Made by a program: the position numbers and the translations under genes. 40,430 nt of DNA. It comes from Escherichia phage MirsaeidiM_Esher7. Within the stretch, counting starts at the first letter, position 1. Each line of letters begins with the position of its first letter. The notes under the pieces were generated by a model. It saw nothing but the letters and a program-made list of their open reading frames with translations. It ran no database searches and had not been told where the DNA came from. This document shows positions 19,913-30,431 of this stretch, in pieces. The stretch is taken from the sequence record PQ593108.1; one strand, 5' to 3'.

Positions 19913-21476
19913 CTTGAGCCATGTCCTCACCAGCTCCCTGACCTACAGCAGCACCCATGTTAGCACCAGCAGCACTAGCACCTTGGACAACTGCCTGTTG
20001 AGACGACTGCTCAGCCATGCGCTGAATCTTCTCGTCTTGCGTCAGGAGTAGGCCAGCGGTGTCGATACCCAGAGCGTTCAGGAGTCGTAGCTTAAGGGTC
20101 GGCAAGTTGATGTCCGGGTCCTGAGATAGCGGCTGAAGACCAGTCATCATGTTAACCGCCTGAGTTAGCTTCTCCAAGTCCTGACCACGACCTAACGCTT
20201 CCAGACCAGTGGAGACAGTAGGCTCTACCGCTTCTTTCGGAAGGTCAGGAATCATGCCAGCAGACTGAAGTTGGTTCATCAGTACACGGACTATAGGTAA
20301 CTGAAGCTCTTGGGATTGTACTGAGTACACGCCACCTAAGGTCGCCTCCAGTTCGCCAGCAACATAACGAATCTCTTCAGCAGTGACTCGCTCGGCATTA
20401 CGCTGAACAGCACTATTAAGAAGGAAGGCCCAGCCTAAACGTTGCTCGATAGCGTCAGCCACCGATTTAGCAATCGTAAAGTCCTGACCTTTCGTCAGTT
20501 GCAGGAAGTTGATGTCCTCAACGCGACCAGCCACGAACTCACCTGTAGCCGCCTTATTCAGACGACGAGGTTGCGTGATACCGTTCGGGTTAACGAGGCC
20601 CACCACCTTGGAGGCTACCTTAGCCATTTTGGTGATAGCTTCTGTAATCGTCTCCAGCGAGTTCAGGTCTCCCAGATACTCCTCGCAGTAAGAACGACCA
20701 TAGTCTTCACCATCCAGTCGAACCATTCGTACCGGGATGTATGGACATGCAGTCAGTGGGTAGGAACCATCGGTCCCTGATACCTCAATGCCTTCCACTT
20801 CTTCATAGCGCAAATACTCGTCGTCCTGACGGTAGATGTGCGTATATACTTCCAGCTCTGTGTCAGGCTCATAGTCGTCTGCGTTGAGTTGTGACTTCAC
20901 GTCTTCCGGTAGAGCACTAAACGCTACCTTGTCGAGAGTCACAATCTGTAAGATGTTACCGAAAGCATCACGTTGAACAACGTATGACACTAAGCGGTAC
21001 ATTCGCATAGGACTGTAGGTTCCCTGTTCAGGCTCTGGAATGTAGAGCAGACAGTTACCTGAGACGATAAGCTGCTTCAGAGCTTCGAACAATGGCACCC
21101 GGAAACTGTTAGTCTCCATGTAGGCCATCAACACACGCTCGACCATAGCAAGCCCTTCGTCAACACGAGCAGCCGCCTCTGAGTCCTGACTCAAGGTCTT
21201 GGCCTCATATTCGGAGACTGTCAGTCGCATCCACGGTGACTGAGGGAATAACGCCAACATCAGCTTTGCAGCCAAGTTGTTCAAGCAGCGAGCACCTACA
21301 GCTTGCCACGGCGTCACGTATTCCGTAGACGAGTTGTCGGACTCCTTAGGAAACAGTGACGGGATAGTGACAGCAGCACAGTTCTGAGCGCGCGTCTCAT
21401 ATGGCTGTCTACCGTTCTTCAGTCGGTCATAGACCGCTTTGGCTCCTTCAGCAGCGAACCCTTCACGTTCAGCCAT
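19908..21476 (-). CDS. portal (head-tail connector) protein (T7 gp8-like)
   Basis: 522 aa; size and position upstream of scaffold and capsid. Confidence 0.93.
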   Translation of the reverse strand: MAEREGFAAEGAKAVYDRLKNGRQPYETRAQNCAAVTIPSLFPKESDNSSTEYVTPWQAVGARCLNNLAAKLMLALFPQSPWMRLTVSEYEAKTLSQDSEAAARVDEGLAMVERVLMAYMETNSFRVPLFEALKQLIVSGNCLLYIPEPEQGTYSPMRMYRLVSYVVQRDAFGNILQIVTLDKVAFSALPEDVKSQLNADDYEPDTELEVYTHIYRQDDEYLRYEEVEGIEVSGTDGSYPLTACPYIPVRMVRLDGEDYGRSYCEEYLGDLNSLETITEAITKMAKVASKVVGLVNPNGITQPRRLNKAATGEFVAGRVEDINFLQLTKGQDFTIAKSVADAIEQRLGWAFLLNSAVQRNAERVTAEEIRYVAGELEATLGGVYSVQSQELQLPIVRVLMNQLQSAGMIPDLPKEAVEPTVSTGLEALGRGQDLEKLTQAVNMMTGLQPLSQDPDINLPTLKLRLLNALGIDTAGLLLTQDEKIQRMAEQSSQQAVVQGASAAGANMGAAVGQGAGEDMAQA

Positions 21477-21487
21477 TCGTCACCTCC

Positions 21488-21736
21488 TTAAATAGAAATA
21501 CCGCCACCAGAGGTGCGAGAGACCTGAAGGCTACGCTTACCTGAACGCTTCACTTTCTTCTCGTCAGATGCGGTTGCTTCGGTATCCACATCTTCCACTT
21601 TATCGTTCGGTACTTCCACTGGTGCTGCTGGGGTCTGGGCCTCAACAACCTTAGGTGCATCGTCAGAGCCAAGACCTACTGTCCCTAACGTACTTTTCAC
21701 CACTTTCTTGAAAGCCTTACTGATTGATTTACCCAC
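21488..21736 (-). CDS. gp7.3-like tail/ejection protein
   Basis: 82 aa, lysine-rich; MGKSISKAFKKVV... and C-terminal ...RSLQVSRTSGGGISI match recalled T7 gp7.3; start codon is GTG with an AAGGAG RBS. Confidence 0.75.
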   Translation of the reverse strand: MGKSISKAFKKVVKSTLGTVGLGSDDAPKVVEAQTPAAPVEVPNDKVEDVDTEATASDEKKVKRSGKRSLQVSRTSGGGISI

Positions 21737-22151
21737 GGTTAATCTCCTTGTTCGTGCTAACGCACTTGGTTGTTACGATGTCTACCGACCCAGAAACATG
21801 CTTGACACGAGAATACCAGCCAAGACCCCAACGCTTGCACTCTTCGTCTATGATGTGTCTGACAGTCTCAAGAACCTTGCGGGAGGACTGCGAGTCACGA
21901 CGAATAGCGACGATTGAAAGGTCAAGACCGGGAGTCGGTCTGTGCCAAGATGCGGTAGCCAGCATGTAGAGATACGCTACTGGTTGACCTGATACATCGT
22001 AGATTGTGTATTCTTCACCGTCGAACTCGTCAGCCATACGGTAAGTATGAGCCTTGAAGTCCTCGAATGACTTGAAGTTAGACTGCCCGTCTTCCCAGAG
22101 GCGACAAGCGCACATGTGGCGACCTTCGCGTGAGTTGAGATATGGTAGCAT
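21729..22151 (-). CDS. gp7-position hypothetical protein
   Basis: 140 aa ORF with ATG start between gp6.7 and gp7.3; assignment is by position only. Confidence 0.5.
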   Translation of the reverse strand: MLPYLNSREGRHMCACRLWEDGQSNFKSFEDFKAHTYRMADEFDGEEYTIYDVSGQPVAYLYMLATASWHRPTPGLDLSIVAIRRDSQSSRKVLETVRHIIDEECKRWGLGWYSRVKHVSGSVDIVTTKCVSTNKEINRG

Positions 22152-22155
22152 TGTC

Positions 22156-22380
22156 CTACCCCATGTTGACGCCAGAGTTACGCATAGCGCGACTTACTGA
22201 CGATTTATCTTTAGGTGCAGACTCCTTCTTGACCTTCAGGTCTTTGATACCTTTGGTCTCGTTGGTGCCCACATCCGATTCAGCCCCGATGTCAACTGAC
22301 GCAACTTCCTCACTCAGAGGTGCTGGTTCAGGCGCTTGGACCGAAGGCTTCGGAGTGCTAATCTTTGGACTGAAACACAT
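22156..22380 (-). CDS. gp6.7-like small virion protein
   Basis: 74 aa beginning MCFSPKI..., as I recall for T7 gp6.7. Confidence 0.7.
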   Translation of the reverse strand: MCFSPKISTPKPSVQAPEPAPLSEEVASVDIGAESDVGTNETKGIKDLKVKKESAPKDKSSVSRAMRNSGVNMG

Positions 22381-22394
22381 AGTCCCTCCTACAG

Positions 22395-22667
22395 TTAATC
22401 AAACTGAACGGTATCTTTCAGCTCACGACGCATAGCAATCGCAGAGTCGAGAGTGTCAGAGCAATACTGGAGACCCTTGATGAATCCGGCAATGAACGCA
22501 TCGCTGTAGCCCTGCTGCTTGAGGAGACTAATAACTCCCATCTTCTCAGCGTAGCTTGCGTTGAACAATACGTGCAGGAACTGGATAGCAGACTGGGAGA
22601 TGTTCGGGACATCAAGTCTTTCTTCCTGTAACTGCTTAACAACGTTTTCAATAGCATTAATAGCCAT
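22395..22667 (-). CDS. gp6.5-position hypothetical protein
   Basis: 90 aa ORF with ATG start directly downstream of the phi6.5-like promoter. Confidence 0.6.
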   Translation of the reverse strand: MAINAIENVVKQLQEERLDVPNISQSAIQFLHVLFNASYAEKMGVISLLKQQGYSDAFIAGFIKGLQYCSDTLDSAIAMRRELKDTVQFD

Positions 22668-22728
22668 CTTGAATCTCCTCTTTAAGTTAAGACTAAAGTC
22701 TATCTTATAGTCATATCTTAGGTCCTAA

Positions 22729-22751
22729 AGTCCCTATAGTGATAGTTTAGT
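22729..22751 (-). promoter_or_regulatory. phage RNAP promoter (phi6.5-like)
   Basis: Plus-strand motif ccctatagtgatagtttagtg between the exonuclease gene and gp6.5. Confidence 0.75.
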
Positions 22752-22877
22752 GTTTCACCTATTGATGACTGTTGGATTGATAGGATATGACTATCGGTTA
22801 GACTCAGTGTTTAGGTCGGTTGTTCGACCCGAACCACTTGTACATGCAGTAAAGGGCCAGAAGTCCGACCCAGTAAA

Positions 22878-23744
22878 TTACATGGATGGTGTCCATATGA
22901 TGACCTCCTTGGACTTAGGGTCATAGTCAGATGCTCGACAAATACGAGCGACCTGAGCTTGGACCAGAAGCTCCTCCTCTGTCATCCCAGCTTTAGCAGC
23001 CAGAGTCACCATGCAGTCCCACAACGTCATGTCTTCACGCTTCGGATACTTCTTCCACTCAGTCTTAATCTGGCCTTTGTTCTTGCCAGTCTTAAGCTCG
23101 CGGCTCTCCTGCACGAAGTAGTACGGCTCGTCAAGGAATGCACGAGTGGTATCCTCACCCATCCCAGGAATGCCACCGTAGCCATCTGTAGTGTCACCTT
23201 TGATGGTCTGCTCCATGTGCCAGTAGTCTGCCTCAGCAGTCGTATGACTCAGGATTTCACCAGTGGTTAACCAGAAGAACTCACAGTTCGGGATGGTCTT
23301 GAAGTCCTTATCGCAGGACACCAGAACAGCATGGTCACAGCCTACAATCTGAGGTCGTGTCCCGATGATACCCATACAGTCATCGCCTTCAAGCGTAGGA
23401 CGCAGGAAGCTGTTGAACCGTTGGTCGGCCATCACTTCGGCTACGAACTTCTTGTATCCTACAGGCTTGCGCGAACCTTTACGGTTGGCCTTATAGGTAG
23501 GTAATATTGACTTGCGCCAGTTCACGTCATCGGTGAAGCACATCACAATCTTAGCGTCTTTCCACGCCTTGCGCTTCTTAACGATTTCAGCGATGGTGTT
23601 CTCAAGGATACGACGAGCCTTGGCGTGGTCGCAGATAAGGGTCCAGATGTCATCACCCCAGTCAGTCTCGTCCTCGGCAGCAGCCATGGAAGAATAGACC
23701 AGATAGTCGCCATCCAGTACCAGAGCAATCTTCTTGTCAGACAT
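22878..23744 (-). CDS. 5'-3' exonuclease (T7 gp6-like)
   Basis: 288 aa; strong similarity to recalled T7 gp6 (VLDGDYLV, CDHAKAR, YKANRK, CDKDFKTIPNC, IKGDTTDGY, WDCM, AKAGMTEE). Confidence 0.92.
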   Translation of the reverse strand: MSDKKIALVLDGDYLVYSSMAAAEDETDWGDDIWTLICDHAKARRILENTIAEIVKKRKAWKDAKIVMCFTDDVNWRKSILPTYKANRKGSRKPVGYKKFVAEVMADQRFNSFLRPTLEGDDCMGIIGTRPQIVGCDHAVLVSCDKDFKTIPNCEFFWLTTGEILSHTTAEADYWHMEQTIKGDTTDGYGGIPGMGEDTTRAFLDEPYYFVQESRELKTGKNKGQIKTEWKKYPKREDMTLWDCMVTLAAKAGMTEEELLVQAQVARICRASDYDPKSKEVIIWTPSM

Positions 23745-23962
23745 TACGCCTCCTCAACGATACACACTGAAGAGAATGCACGTACCGTCTCGACTTCCTC
23801 GGTAACTCCTTCCCAGCGTGTAAATGTCTTGTGCTTGATGGCTACCGTCTTAGGCATTACCCGGACGACTTCGCCTATACACATTGCGTATGACTTTCCA
23901 GCCAGACAGAAAGCAACCTTCTGTCCTACCTTAAGTTCGCGTCCTGATACGTCTTGATTCAT
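23744..23962 (-). CDS. hypothetical protein in the gp5.9 slot, not resembling T7 gp5.9
   Basis: 72 aa; ATG with GGAGG RBS; start overlaps the gp5.7 stop (ATGA) and stop overlaps the gp6 start (TAATG); sequence is unlike the acidic T7 gp5.9 that I recall. Confidence 0.6.
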   Translation of the reverse strand: MNQDVSGRELKVGQKVAFCLAGKSYAMCIGEVVRVMPKTVAIKHKTFTRWEGVTEEVETVRAFSSVCIVEEA

Positions 23963-24168
23963 AGACAGCCTCCGTGTTGATTTAGGAACTTGGTGCCTTC
24001 AGCGGTAATCTCCCACGCACCGTTGTTACGCCCATCCATAGACAGGCAGCTTAGATGTCCACGACTCGCAGCCTCAGCCACAAGTGCAGCGTTGTTGCGC
24101 ACATAGTTGGACTGGAAGGTCTTCGGGCAGGACTTAAGGGCCGCTAGGACCAGTAAGTATTCACTCAT
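23959..24168 (-). CDS. gp5.7-like protein
   Basis: 69 aa; near-identical in pattern to recalled T7 gp5.7 (LKSCPKTFQSNYVRNNA.LVAEAASRGH...GAWEITA.GT.FL). Confidence 0.85.
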   Translation of the reverse strand: MSEYLLVLAALKSCPKTFQSNYVRNNAALVAEAASRGHLSCLSMDGRNNGAWEITAEGTKFLNQHGGCL

Positions 24169-24458
24169 CGTTCGAACTCCACCCGGAAGTTACCAAAGCT
24201 CGGCTGGTTCCGATAGCAATTGCTCAGTTCTTCTTTCAGCCTCCCGACGATACCTTTCTTGAAGATCAGTTCGACTACAGCTTCCAGACCTTCAGTTACA
24301 CCAACCTCTACCATCTTACGCTCGAACCCTGAGACTTTCTCACCGTTCAGAACCTTACGGCTCAGCCCACAGAGAGACTTCTCGAACTGCTTCACGTCTT
24401 CAGTAGACAGCACAGCACCCAGCGAGAACGATACTCGCATACGTTTGGTCATAGCCAT
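24165..24458 (-). CDS. gp5.5-like protein
   Basis: 97 aa; begins MAMTK... like T7 gp5.5; position after the DNAP-distal small ORF. Confidence 0.7.
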   Translation of the reverse strand: MAMTKRMRVSFSLGAVLSTEDVKQFEKSLCGLSRKVLNGEKVSGFERKMVEVGVTEGLEAVVELIFKKGIVGRLKEELSNCYRNQPSFGNFRVEFER

Positions 24459-24619
24459 TAGTCTTTCTCCTCTTCGGCATCAGGTGTAAGAAGCTCACGG
24501 ATGTCAGAAGCACAAGACCCTGACAAGTTCGGGCAATAGCGAGAGGTCTCGTGACCACTCCACCAAGCACTTCTCATAAGGTCTATGACCTCCTGTCTTG
24601 TAAAGGTCTGCTTCTTCAT
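24458..24619 (-). CDS. small hypothetical protein (53 aa) in the gp5.3 slot
   Basis: ATG at 24619 overlaps the DNAP stop (TGATG), GGAAGGAG RBS upstream, stop overlaps the gp5.5 start (TAATG). Product MKKQTFTRQEVIDLMRSAWWSGHETSRYCPNLSGSCASDIRELLTPDAEEEKD. Below the 60-aa cut-off of the supplied ORF track. Confidence 0.45.
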   Translation of the reverse strand: MKKQTFTRQEVIDLMRSAWWSGHETSRYCPNLSGSCASDIRELLTPDAEEEKD

Positions 24620-26790
24620 CAATGACACTCCTTCCACGTTGGTCCAATCTTACCTTCGGTATCAAGGACACATTTAAAGTTATAGAACTCACCAACCTTA
24701 CGCATAGCAAGTTGAGCAATTTCTACTACGCGTTCTGCTAAGTCCTTGTTTTTACAGGCAATTTGTAGCTCATCGTGCACCCATGCCATGTACGCAAAGT
24801 CTCCATCCCAGCCGTGGACATATCCTTCGGCTTCGAGCATACGCTCGGTCTCGACAATCCAGTGCTTACAGACCACAGCACCATCACCTTGAAGTAATGC
24901 GTTAAGTGCTGAGTGTGGAGACCGGATGTGGATGCGTCGACCATCCAAGCCTTTAAGCCAGCGGCGTTTCCACTTCACGATATTCTCACCGTCTACCCAT
25001 TTGGACTCAGAGATTAACGTATTACTCACAGCTTCCCTGAGGTCCTTGATGGCTGGTGTACCCTCAATGAATTTCTTCATCAGGGCCGCACCTTCCTTCT
25101 TACCACCGCCAACTATCAGTCCAATCTTCGCGGCCCCTGCACCATACAGGAACGCATAGATGAACGTCTTGGCGTTATTACGGAAAGCATCGTGGTCGTG
25201 GTTCGACTTATCGCGTTGGACGTTAGGTGCTAACCCAGCGTTGACAGCGTTGGCCCAGTGGATGTCACCTTCTACCACAGTCTTGGCGTATTCACCACCA
25301 TCAAACGGAGCCGCTCGGTTCCCCAGACAACGAAGCTCAAGACCTGAAGCATCCACACCCACTTGAATCCAAGGGTCTGGCTTACCATCCGTCTTGTTCC
25401 AAGCTGCACCGAAAGCACCACGGCAAATCTCACCATACGGAGCACCGTTAGCAGGTACCTGAGCCATGTTTGGTGAACTGTGAGTCGCACGTCCAGTTAC
25501 TGCTCCGCATGGGTTGATTGAACCGTGCATACGTCCGTCTGGACCTACAAGTTTCAACCATGCGTTCTTACCTTCAGCAGCCTGACCTATGCGCTTCTGG
25601 ACTACCAGATACTCACGGACCAGCTCTACGCAAGCCTGAGCCTCTGCGTCCGGTAACTTAACGTGTTCTAACGTCTCGTCATCGACTACAGGTTTCCCGG
25701 TGTCAGTGAAGTCCACAGGCTCCCAGCCACGCTCCATCAGAACTTTCGCTAAGTGGTCCCCGCTTCCCGGATTAAACTCAACGTAAGTGATAGGTGTGAA
25801 CGGCGCTCCCTCCATCGTGTCTCGTGAGTCTAACTCGCAAGGCTCCAGACCTAAGCGTTGAGCTTTGTTCTTCGGCTTCTTGAATACTGACCCGACCTTA
25901 GGATACACGACGCGCGGATACTTCGGAAGGTCCTTGCCTGTCCGTGGGTGCTTTAAAAACTCCTTGCCACCCTTCGGTGCATACCAGCTACCGAAAGTCG
26001 AACGCAGCTTGTCCAGCAGCTCTGCACGTTTGACGGTTAGTTCACGATATAAGCCTTCGACCATCTCGGTGTTCATCGGATAGCCGTTACGCTCCATCTT
26101 CGCACAGGTCCACGCAGCATCATGTTCCAGACGCAACGCATAAATCTGGTCGAAAGCGAACTGTTCAGACTGGAAGTAATACTTGTCAGTCAGGAACTTC
26201 TTGAACAACGCCAGTGTGACCACAACGTCTTGAACGTTATAGTCCAGCATCTCCTGAGACGGGAACAACCATTCGTCTCCAGCCTTATATTCGATACCTT
26301 CAGCCTTGCACTTGGCAACGTAATCGTGTTTGTACTCACCTTTCATCTCACCGAGACGATAGCCCCAAGCCTCAAGAGACTGGCGTCCCATCATCTTAGG
26401 TGGCAGACGACCAGCTTTCACCGCGCCCATGTCTGAGAACTTAATGTTTGGATACATCAAGCGTCCCAGAACTAAGGTATCAATCATCTTATGTTTCGGG
26501 AAGTTAAAGCGTTTCCCAAAGTACAAACGCTTCAGCTTGTCTATAGCCGGGACGTCATAGTTGATACCGTTATGGAATACCAGCATACCATCAGGTGATG
26601 CGGCAATCTCTTCCACTTTATGAACATACTCTTTGAAGCCGCCGACGATACCGACCATCGGAGCTACCCCATACTTAAGGGTCTCATTCGACTCGGCGTT
26701 AATCAGGACCCCACAGTGAAACTGGGAGACTGTATCAAGGAGACCGTTGGTCTCGATGTCAGAACCCCAGATACTCTTAAGGTCAAACAT
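24619..26790 (-). CDS. DNA polymerase (T7 gp5-like, family A with 3'-5' exonuclease)
   Basis: 723 aa; extensive similarity to recalled T7 gp5 (DIETNGLL, QDVVVT, NGAVTGRATH, GIDASGLELRCL, AKTFIYAFLYGAG, DFAYMAWVHDE, terminal ...GPTWKECH); GGAGG RBS. Confidence 0.97.
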   Translation of the reverse strand: MFDLKSIWGSDIETNGLLDTVSQFHCGVLINAESNETLKYGVAPMVGIVGGFKEYVHKVEEIAASPDGMLVFHNGINYDVPAIDKLKRLYFGKRFNFPKHKMIDTLVLGRLMYPNIKFSDMGAVKAGRLPPKMMGRQSLEAWGYRLGEMKGEYKHDYVAKCKAEGIEYKAGDEWLFPSQEMLDYNVQDVVVTLALFKKFLTDKYYFQSEQFAFDQIYALRLEHDAAWTCAKMERNGYPMNTEMVEGLYRELTVKRAELLDKLRSTFGSWYAPKGGKEFLKHPRTGKDLPKYPRVVYPKVGSVFKKPKNKAQRLGLEPCELDSRDTMEGAPFTPITYVEFNPGSGDHLAKVLMERGWEPVDFTDTGKPVVDDETLEHVKLPDAEAQACVELVREYLVVQKRIGQAAEGKNAWLKLVGPDGRMHGSINPCGAVTGRATHSSPNMAQVPANGAPYGEICRGAFGAAWNKTDGKPDPWIQVGVDASGLELRCLGNRAAPFDGGEYAKTVVEGDIHWANAVNAGLAPNVQRDKSNHDHDAFRNNAKTFIYAFLYGAGAAKIGLIVGGGKKEGAALMKKFIEGTPAIKDLREAVSNTLISESKWVDGENIVKWKRRWLKGLDGRRIHIRSPHSALNALLQGDGAVVCKHWIVETERMLEAEGYVHGWDGDFAYMAWVHDELQIACKNKDLAERVVEIAQLAMRKVGEFYNFKCVLDTEGKIGPTWKECH

Positions 26791-26810
26791 GGTTAATCCT
26801 CCGCTTTAGT

Positions 26811-26855
26811 CTAATCATAAAGGCCACTCGCTATGAATGACCTTGAGTCTAGACC
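26811..26855 (-). promoter_or_regulatory. conserved imperfect hairpin, candidate RNase III site (R4.7 position, upstream of DNAP)
   Basis: Second copy of the cataaaggccac...atgaccttgagtct element, with compensatory changes preserving the stem. Confidence 0.4.
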
Positions 26856-27019
26856 TAGAAGTCTGTACGCAAGAAGTGATACATAAACTTCCGGTTAGCT
26901 TTCTTCCATGCCTTAGAGTTGAACCGCTGGTCTCCCAGAATGTTCGACAGGCAGGTTGCTTCATCGCTCCACCATTTGTACATGAACCGATGGTAGCGAG
27001 CTTTAAGTTTCTTTAACAC
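26855..27019 (-). CDS. small hypothetical protein (54 aa, GTG start) between primase-helicase and DNAP
   Basis: GTG at 27019 preceded by GGAGG at 7-nt spacing; basic product (V)LKKLKARYHRFMYKWWSDEATCLSNILGDQRFNSKAWKKANRKFMYHFLRTDF. Position corresponds to the T7 4.x genes. Low confidence. Confidence 0.35.
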   Translation of the reverse strand: MLKKLKARYHRFMYKWWSDEATCLSNILGDQRFNSKAWKKANRKFMYHFLRTDF

Positions 27020-27061
27020 TAACGGTCCTCCGTAAAATTCTTATAGTCAGCGATGTCCCGA

Positions 27062-28768
<1,707 letters not shown>

Positions 28769-28815
28769 TCACTCCTTAATCACAAATGCTAACAAAGGGA
28801 CAGGACTAATGGTCC

Positions 28816-28838
28816 CATCCCTAAGGTGATAGTTTAGG
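28816..28838 (-). promoter_or_regulatory. phage RNAP promoter variant upstream of primase-helicase
   Basis: Plus-strand motif ccctaaggtgatagtttaggc (TAAGG instead of TATAG in the core); the predicted transcript starts GGGAUGGGAC-CAUUA-GUCCUGUCCC, a 10-bp 5'-terminal hairpin. Confidence 0.6.
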
Positions 28839-29049
28839 CTTTGAAGAACTGAGCCAATTGGTCAGCTTTGGTATCAGCCTGACGAGCCTTCATGCCAGCT
28901 TCCAGTGACGCGATGGTCAGCTTGTCAGCCAGAGCAGCAGCATCAGCCGCACCGTCCGCAGTCTTCTTTTCTACCTTTCGTTCCAGTACCGCAGCACGAC
29001 GATAACCACGCACCACCATACGACCAAGAAATTCGATAAGTTTAATCAT
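28834..29049 (-). CDS. hypothetical protein (3.8 slot)
   Basis: 71 aa, Ala/Lys-rich; ATG with AAGGGAGAA RBS. Confidence 0.55.
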   Translation of the reverse strand: MIKLIEFLGRMVVRGYRRAAVLERKVEKKTADGAADAAALADKLTIASLEAGMKARQADTKADQLAQFFKA

Positions 29050-29073
29050 TGGGTTGTTCTCCCTTAGAGTTTA

Positions 29074-29532
29074 TTAACCACGGTCGGAAGTGACCAGTTC
29101 ATTGGTAGACAGCCAGCGTTGCAAGTCAAAACTTGGACACGCCTTAGGTGCTATGTCATGGTGTGCTTTGATTTCTGCCTGAGGATACAGGACCTTCAGT
29201 TCATCAAGCTTGTTGCGCAGGGAGTTCATCTGGGCTGGAGTGAAGTTAGCTTCAAACTGACCCTTAGCGTCAATTCCACCTACAAGGCAGACGCCTACGG
29301 ACTTGGAGTTCCAGCCCTTAACGTGTGACCCTACGACGTTTACCGGTCGTCCCTCTTCCACAGTACCATCGCGCTTGATGATAAAGTGGTAGCCTACGTC
29401 CAGCCAGCCTTGCTGCTTGTGCCACATACGGATGGTCTCTACCCCGATGTCCATCTCTGGCTTGGTAGCCGAACAGTGAACGAAGATAGCGTCAGTCCTG
29501 GACCGTGGGTTGAACTGTACCTTACTTACCAT
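29074..29532 (-). CDS. N-acetylmuramoyl-L-alanine amidase / T7 lysozyme (gp3.5-like)
   Basis: 152 aa; near-collinear with recalled T7 lysozyme (TDAIFVHCSATKP, WLDVGYHFIIKRDGTVE, GVCLVGGID, APKACPSFDL, NELVTSDRG). Confidence 0.95.
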   Translation of the reverse strand: MVSKVQFNPRSRTDAIFVHCSATKPEMDIGVETIRMWHKQQGWLDVGYHFIIKRDGTVEEGRPVNVVGSHVKGWNSKSVGVCLVGGIDAKGQFEANFTPAQMNSLRNKLDELKVLYPQAEIKAHHDIAPKACPSFDLQRWLSTNELVTSDRG

Positions 29533-29977
29533 TGTACACCACCAATTCTACGACCACTAGATTCAGGTGCTGGGTGAAGCGTTGTGCGTCAGTGGTGTGC
29601 ATCTGTAGACGCTTATGGTTGAAGACGTGTGAGTTGCTAATCTTCACGTAAACTTCTTCAGGCTTTCCATGGACGATGAACGTCTGGCCTACACCAATCT
29701 TGTCGATGGTCAGGACTTCACGCTTCACAGTCACAGGTGGTACGCTCGAAGCTGGCAGGGCCTGAGGCTGTTCAACAACTTCTACACTGTAGTTCTCGTG
29801 ACCATTCCAGCTGGTAGTCTCACCAATGTAATCCTCAGGATGCCACCCCTTCTCAACAATTACGCTATGGTCTTCTCGCTTTTCGAAAACAGCATCAGTG
29901 AATTGAGGGTTATTCATCAGGGTGTTCTTTGAGAATCTGTAACGTGTTCCAACTTCAAGGTCTTTACAGGTAATCAT
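29522..29977 (-). CDS. hypothetical protein inserted between endonuclease I and lysozyme genes
   Basis: 151 aa; ATG at 29977 overlaps the gene 3 stop (TGATG) with an AAGGAG RBS; T7 has no gene in this position as far as I recall; no motif recognised. Confidence 0.6.
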   Translation of the reverse strand: MITCKDLEVGTRYRFSKNTLMNNPQFTDAVFEKREDHSVIVEKGWHPEDYIGETTSWNGHENYSVEVVEQPQALPASSVPPVTVKREVLTIDKIGVGQTFIVHGKPEEVYVKISNSHVFNHKRLQMHTTDAQRFTQHLNLVVVELVVYNGK

Positions 29978-30429
29978 CACTTAACTCCTTTCTTCTTGGG
30001 GATGAGGATACCTGAGGGCAGACGTACAGTCTCCTCTCGCAGCCACTCAACCGGGATAAACTTGTCGGCATACTTAAAGCCGTTCTTTTCGCACCATGCG
30101 CCATACGTGGTCGGAGATCCTTTGTATAGCTTGGAGCGGGAACTTGAGAACACGAACCGGATGTCTAACTCTGGGTGCTGTTCTCGTACCAGAAGGTGCT
30201 TCTTACGGTCATCACTATCGAAGATACCTTTGGTCTCCACGATAATACCGTTAGGAAGGATAAAATCTGGTGTGTACTTGTGGTCGGAAGCCGGAATCAC
30301 ATAGTTGATATAATGGCTTTCGTACTCCGCTTTGACGCCGTTCTGTTCCAGCCACTGCTGGTTCTTGGCTTCAAGTCCAGAGCGGTAGGCACCCACAGAG
30401 TGCCCCCGTTTTGGTGTCCATGCAGCCAC
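29977..30429 (-). CDS. endonuclease I, Holliday junction resolvase (T7 gp3-like)
   Basis: 150 aa; matches recalled T7 gp3 (FRSGLE, YVIPAS.H.YTPDF.LPNGI.VETKG, DDRKKHLL.REQHPELDIR.VFSSSR.KLYKGSPT). The apparent start codon is GTG at 30429. Confidence 0.9.
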   Translation of the reverse strand: MAAWTPKRGHSVGAYRSGLEAKNQQWLEQNGVKAEYESHYINYVIPASDHKYTPDFILPNGIIVETKGIFDSDDRKKHLLVREQHPELDIRFVFSSSRSKLYKGSPTTYGAWCEKNGFKYADKFIPVEWLREETVRLPSGILIPKKKGVK

Positions 30430-30431
30430 GA

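Noticed and set aside
22681-22731. Possible additional RNase III-type hairpin upstream of gene 6.5 (gactaaagtc palindrome)
   Set aside because: Only a short palindrome without the extended imperfect stem seen in the other elements; insufficient to call.
24504-24719. 71-aa minus-strand ORF overlapping the 3' end of the DNA polymerase gene
   Set aside because: It overlaps about 100 nt of DNAP coding sequence in another frame; the 53-aa ORF at 24458-24619 with a proper RBS and stop/start coupling explains this interval better.
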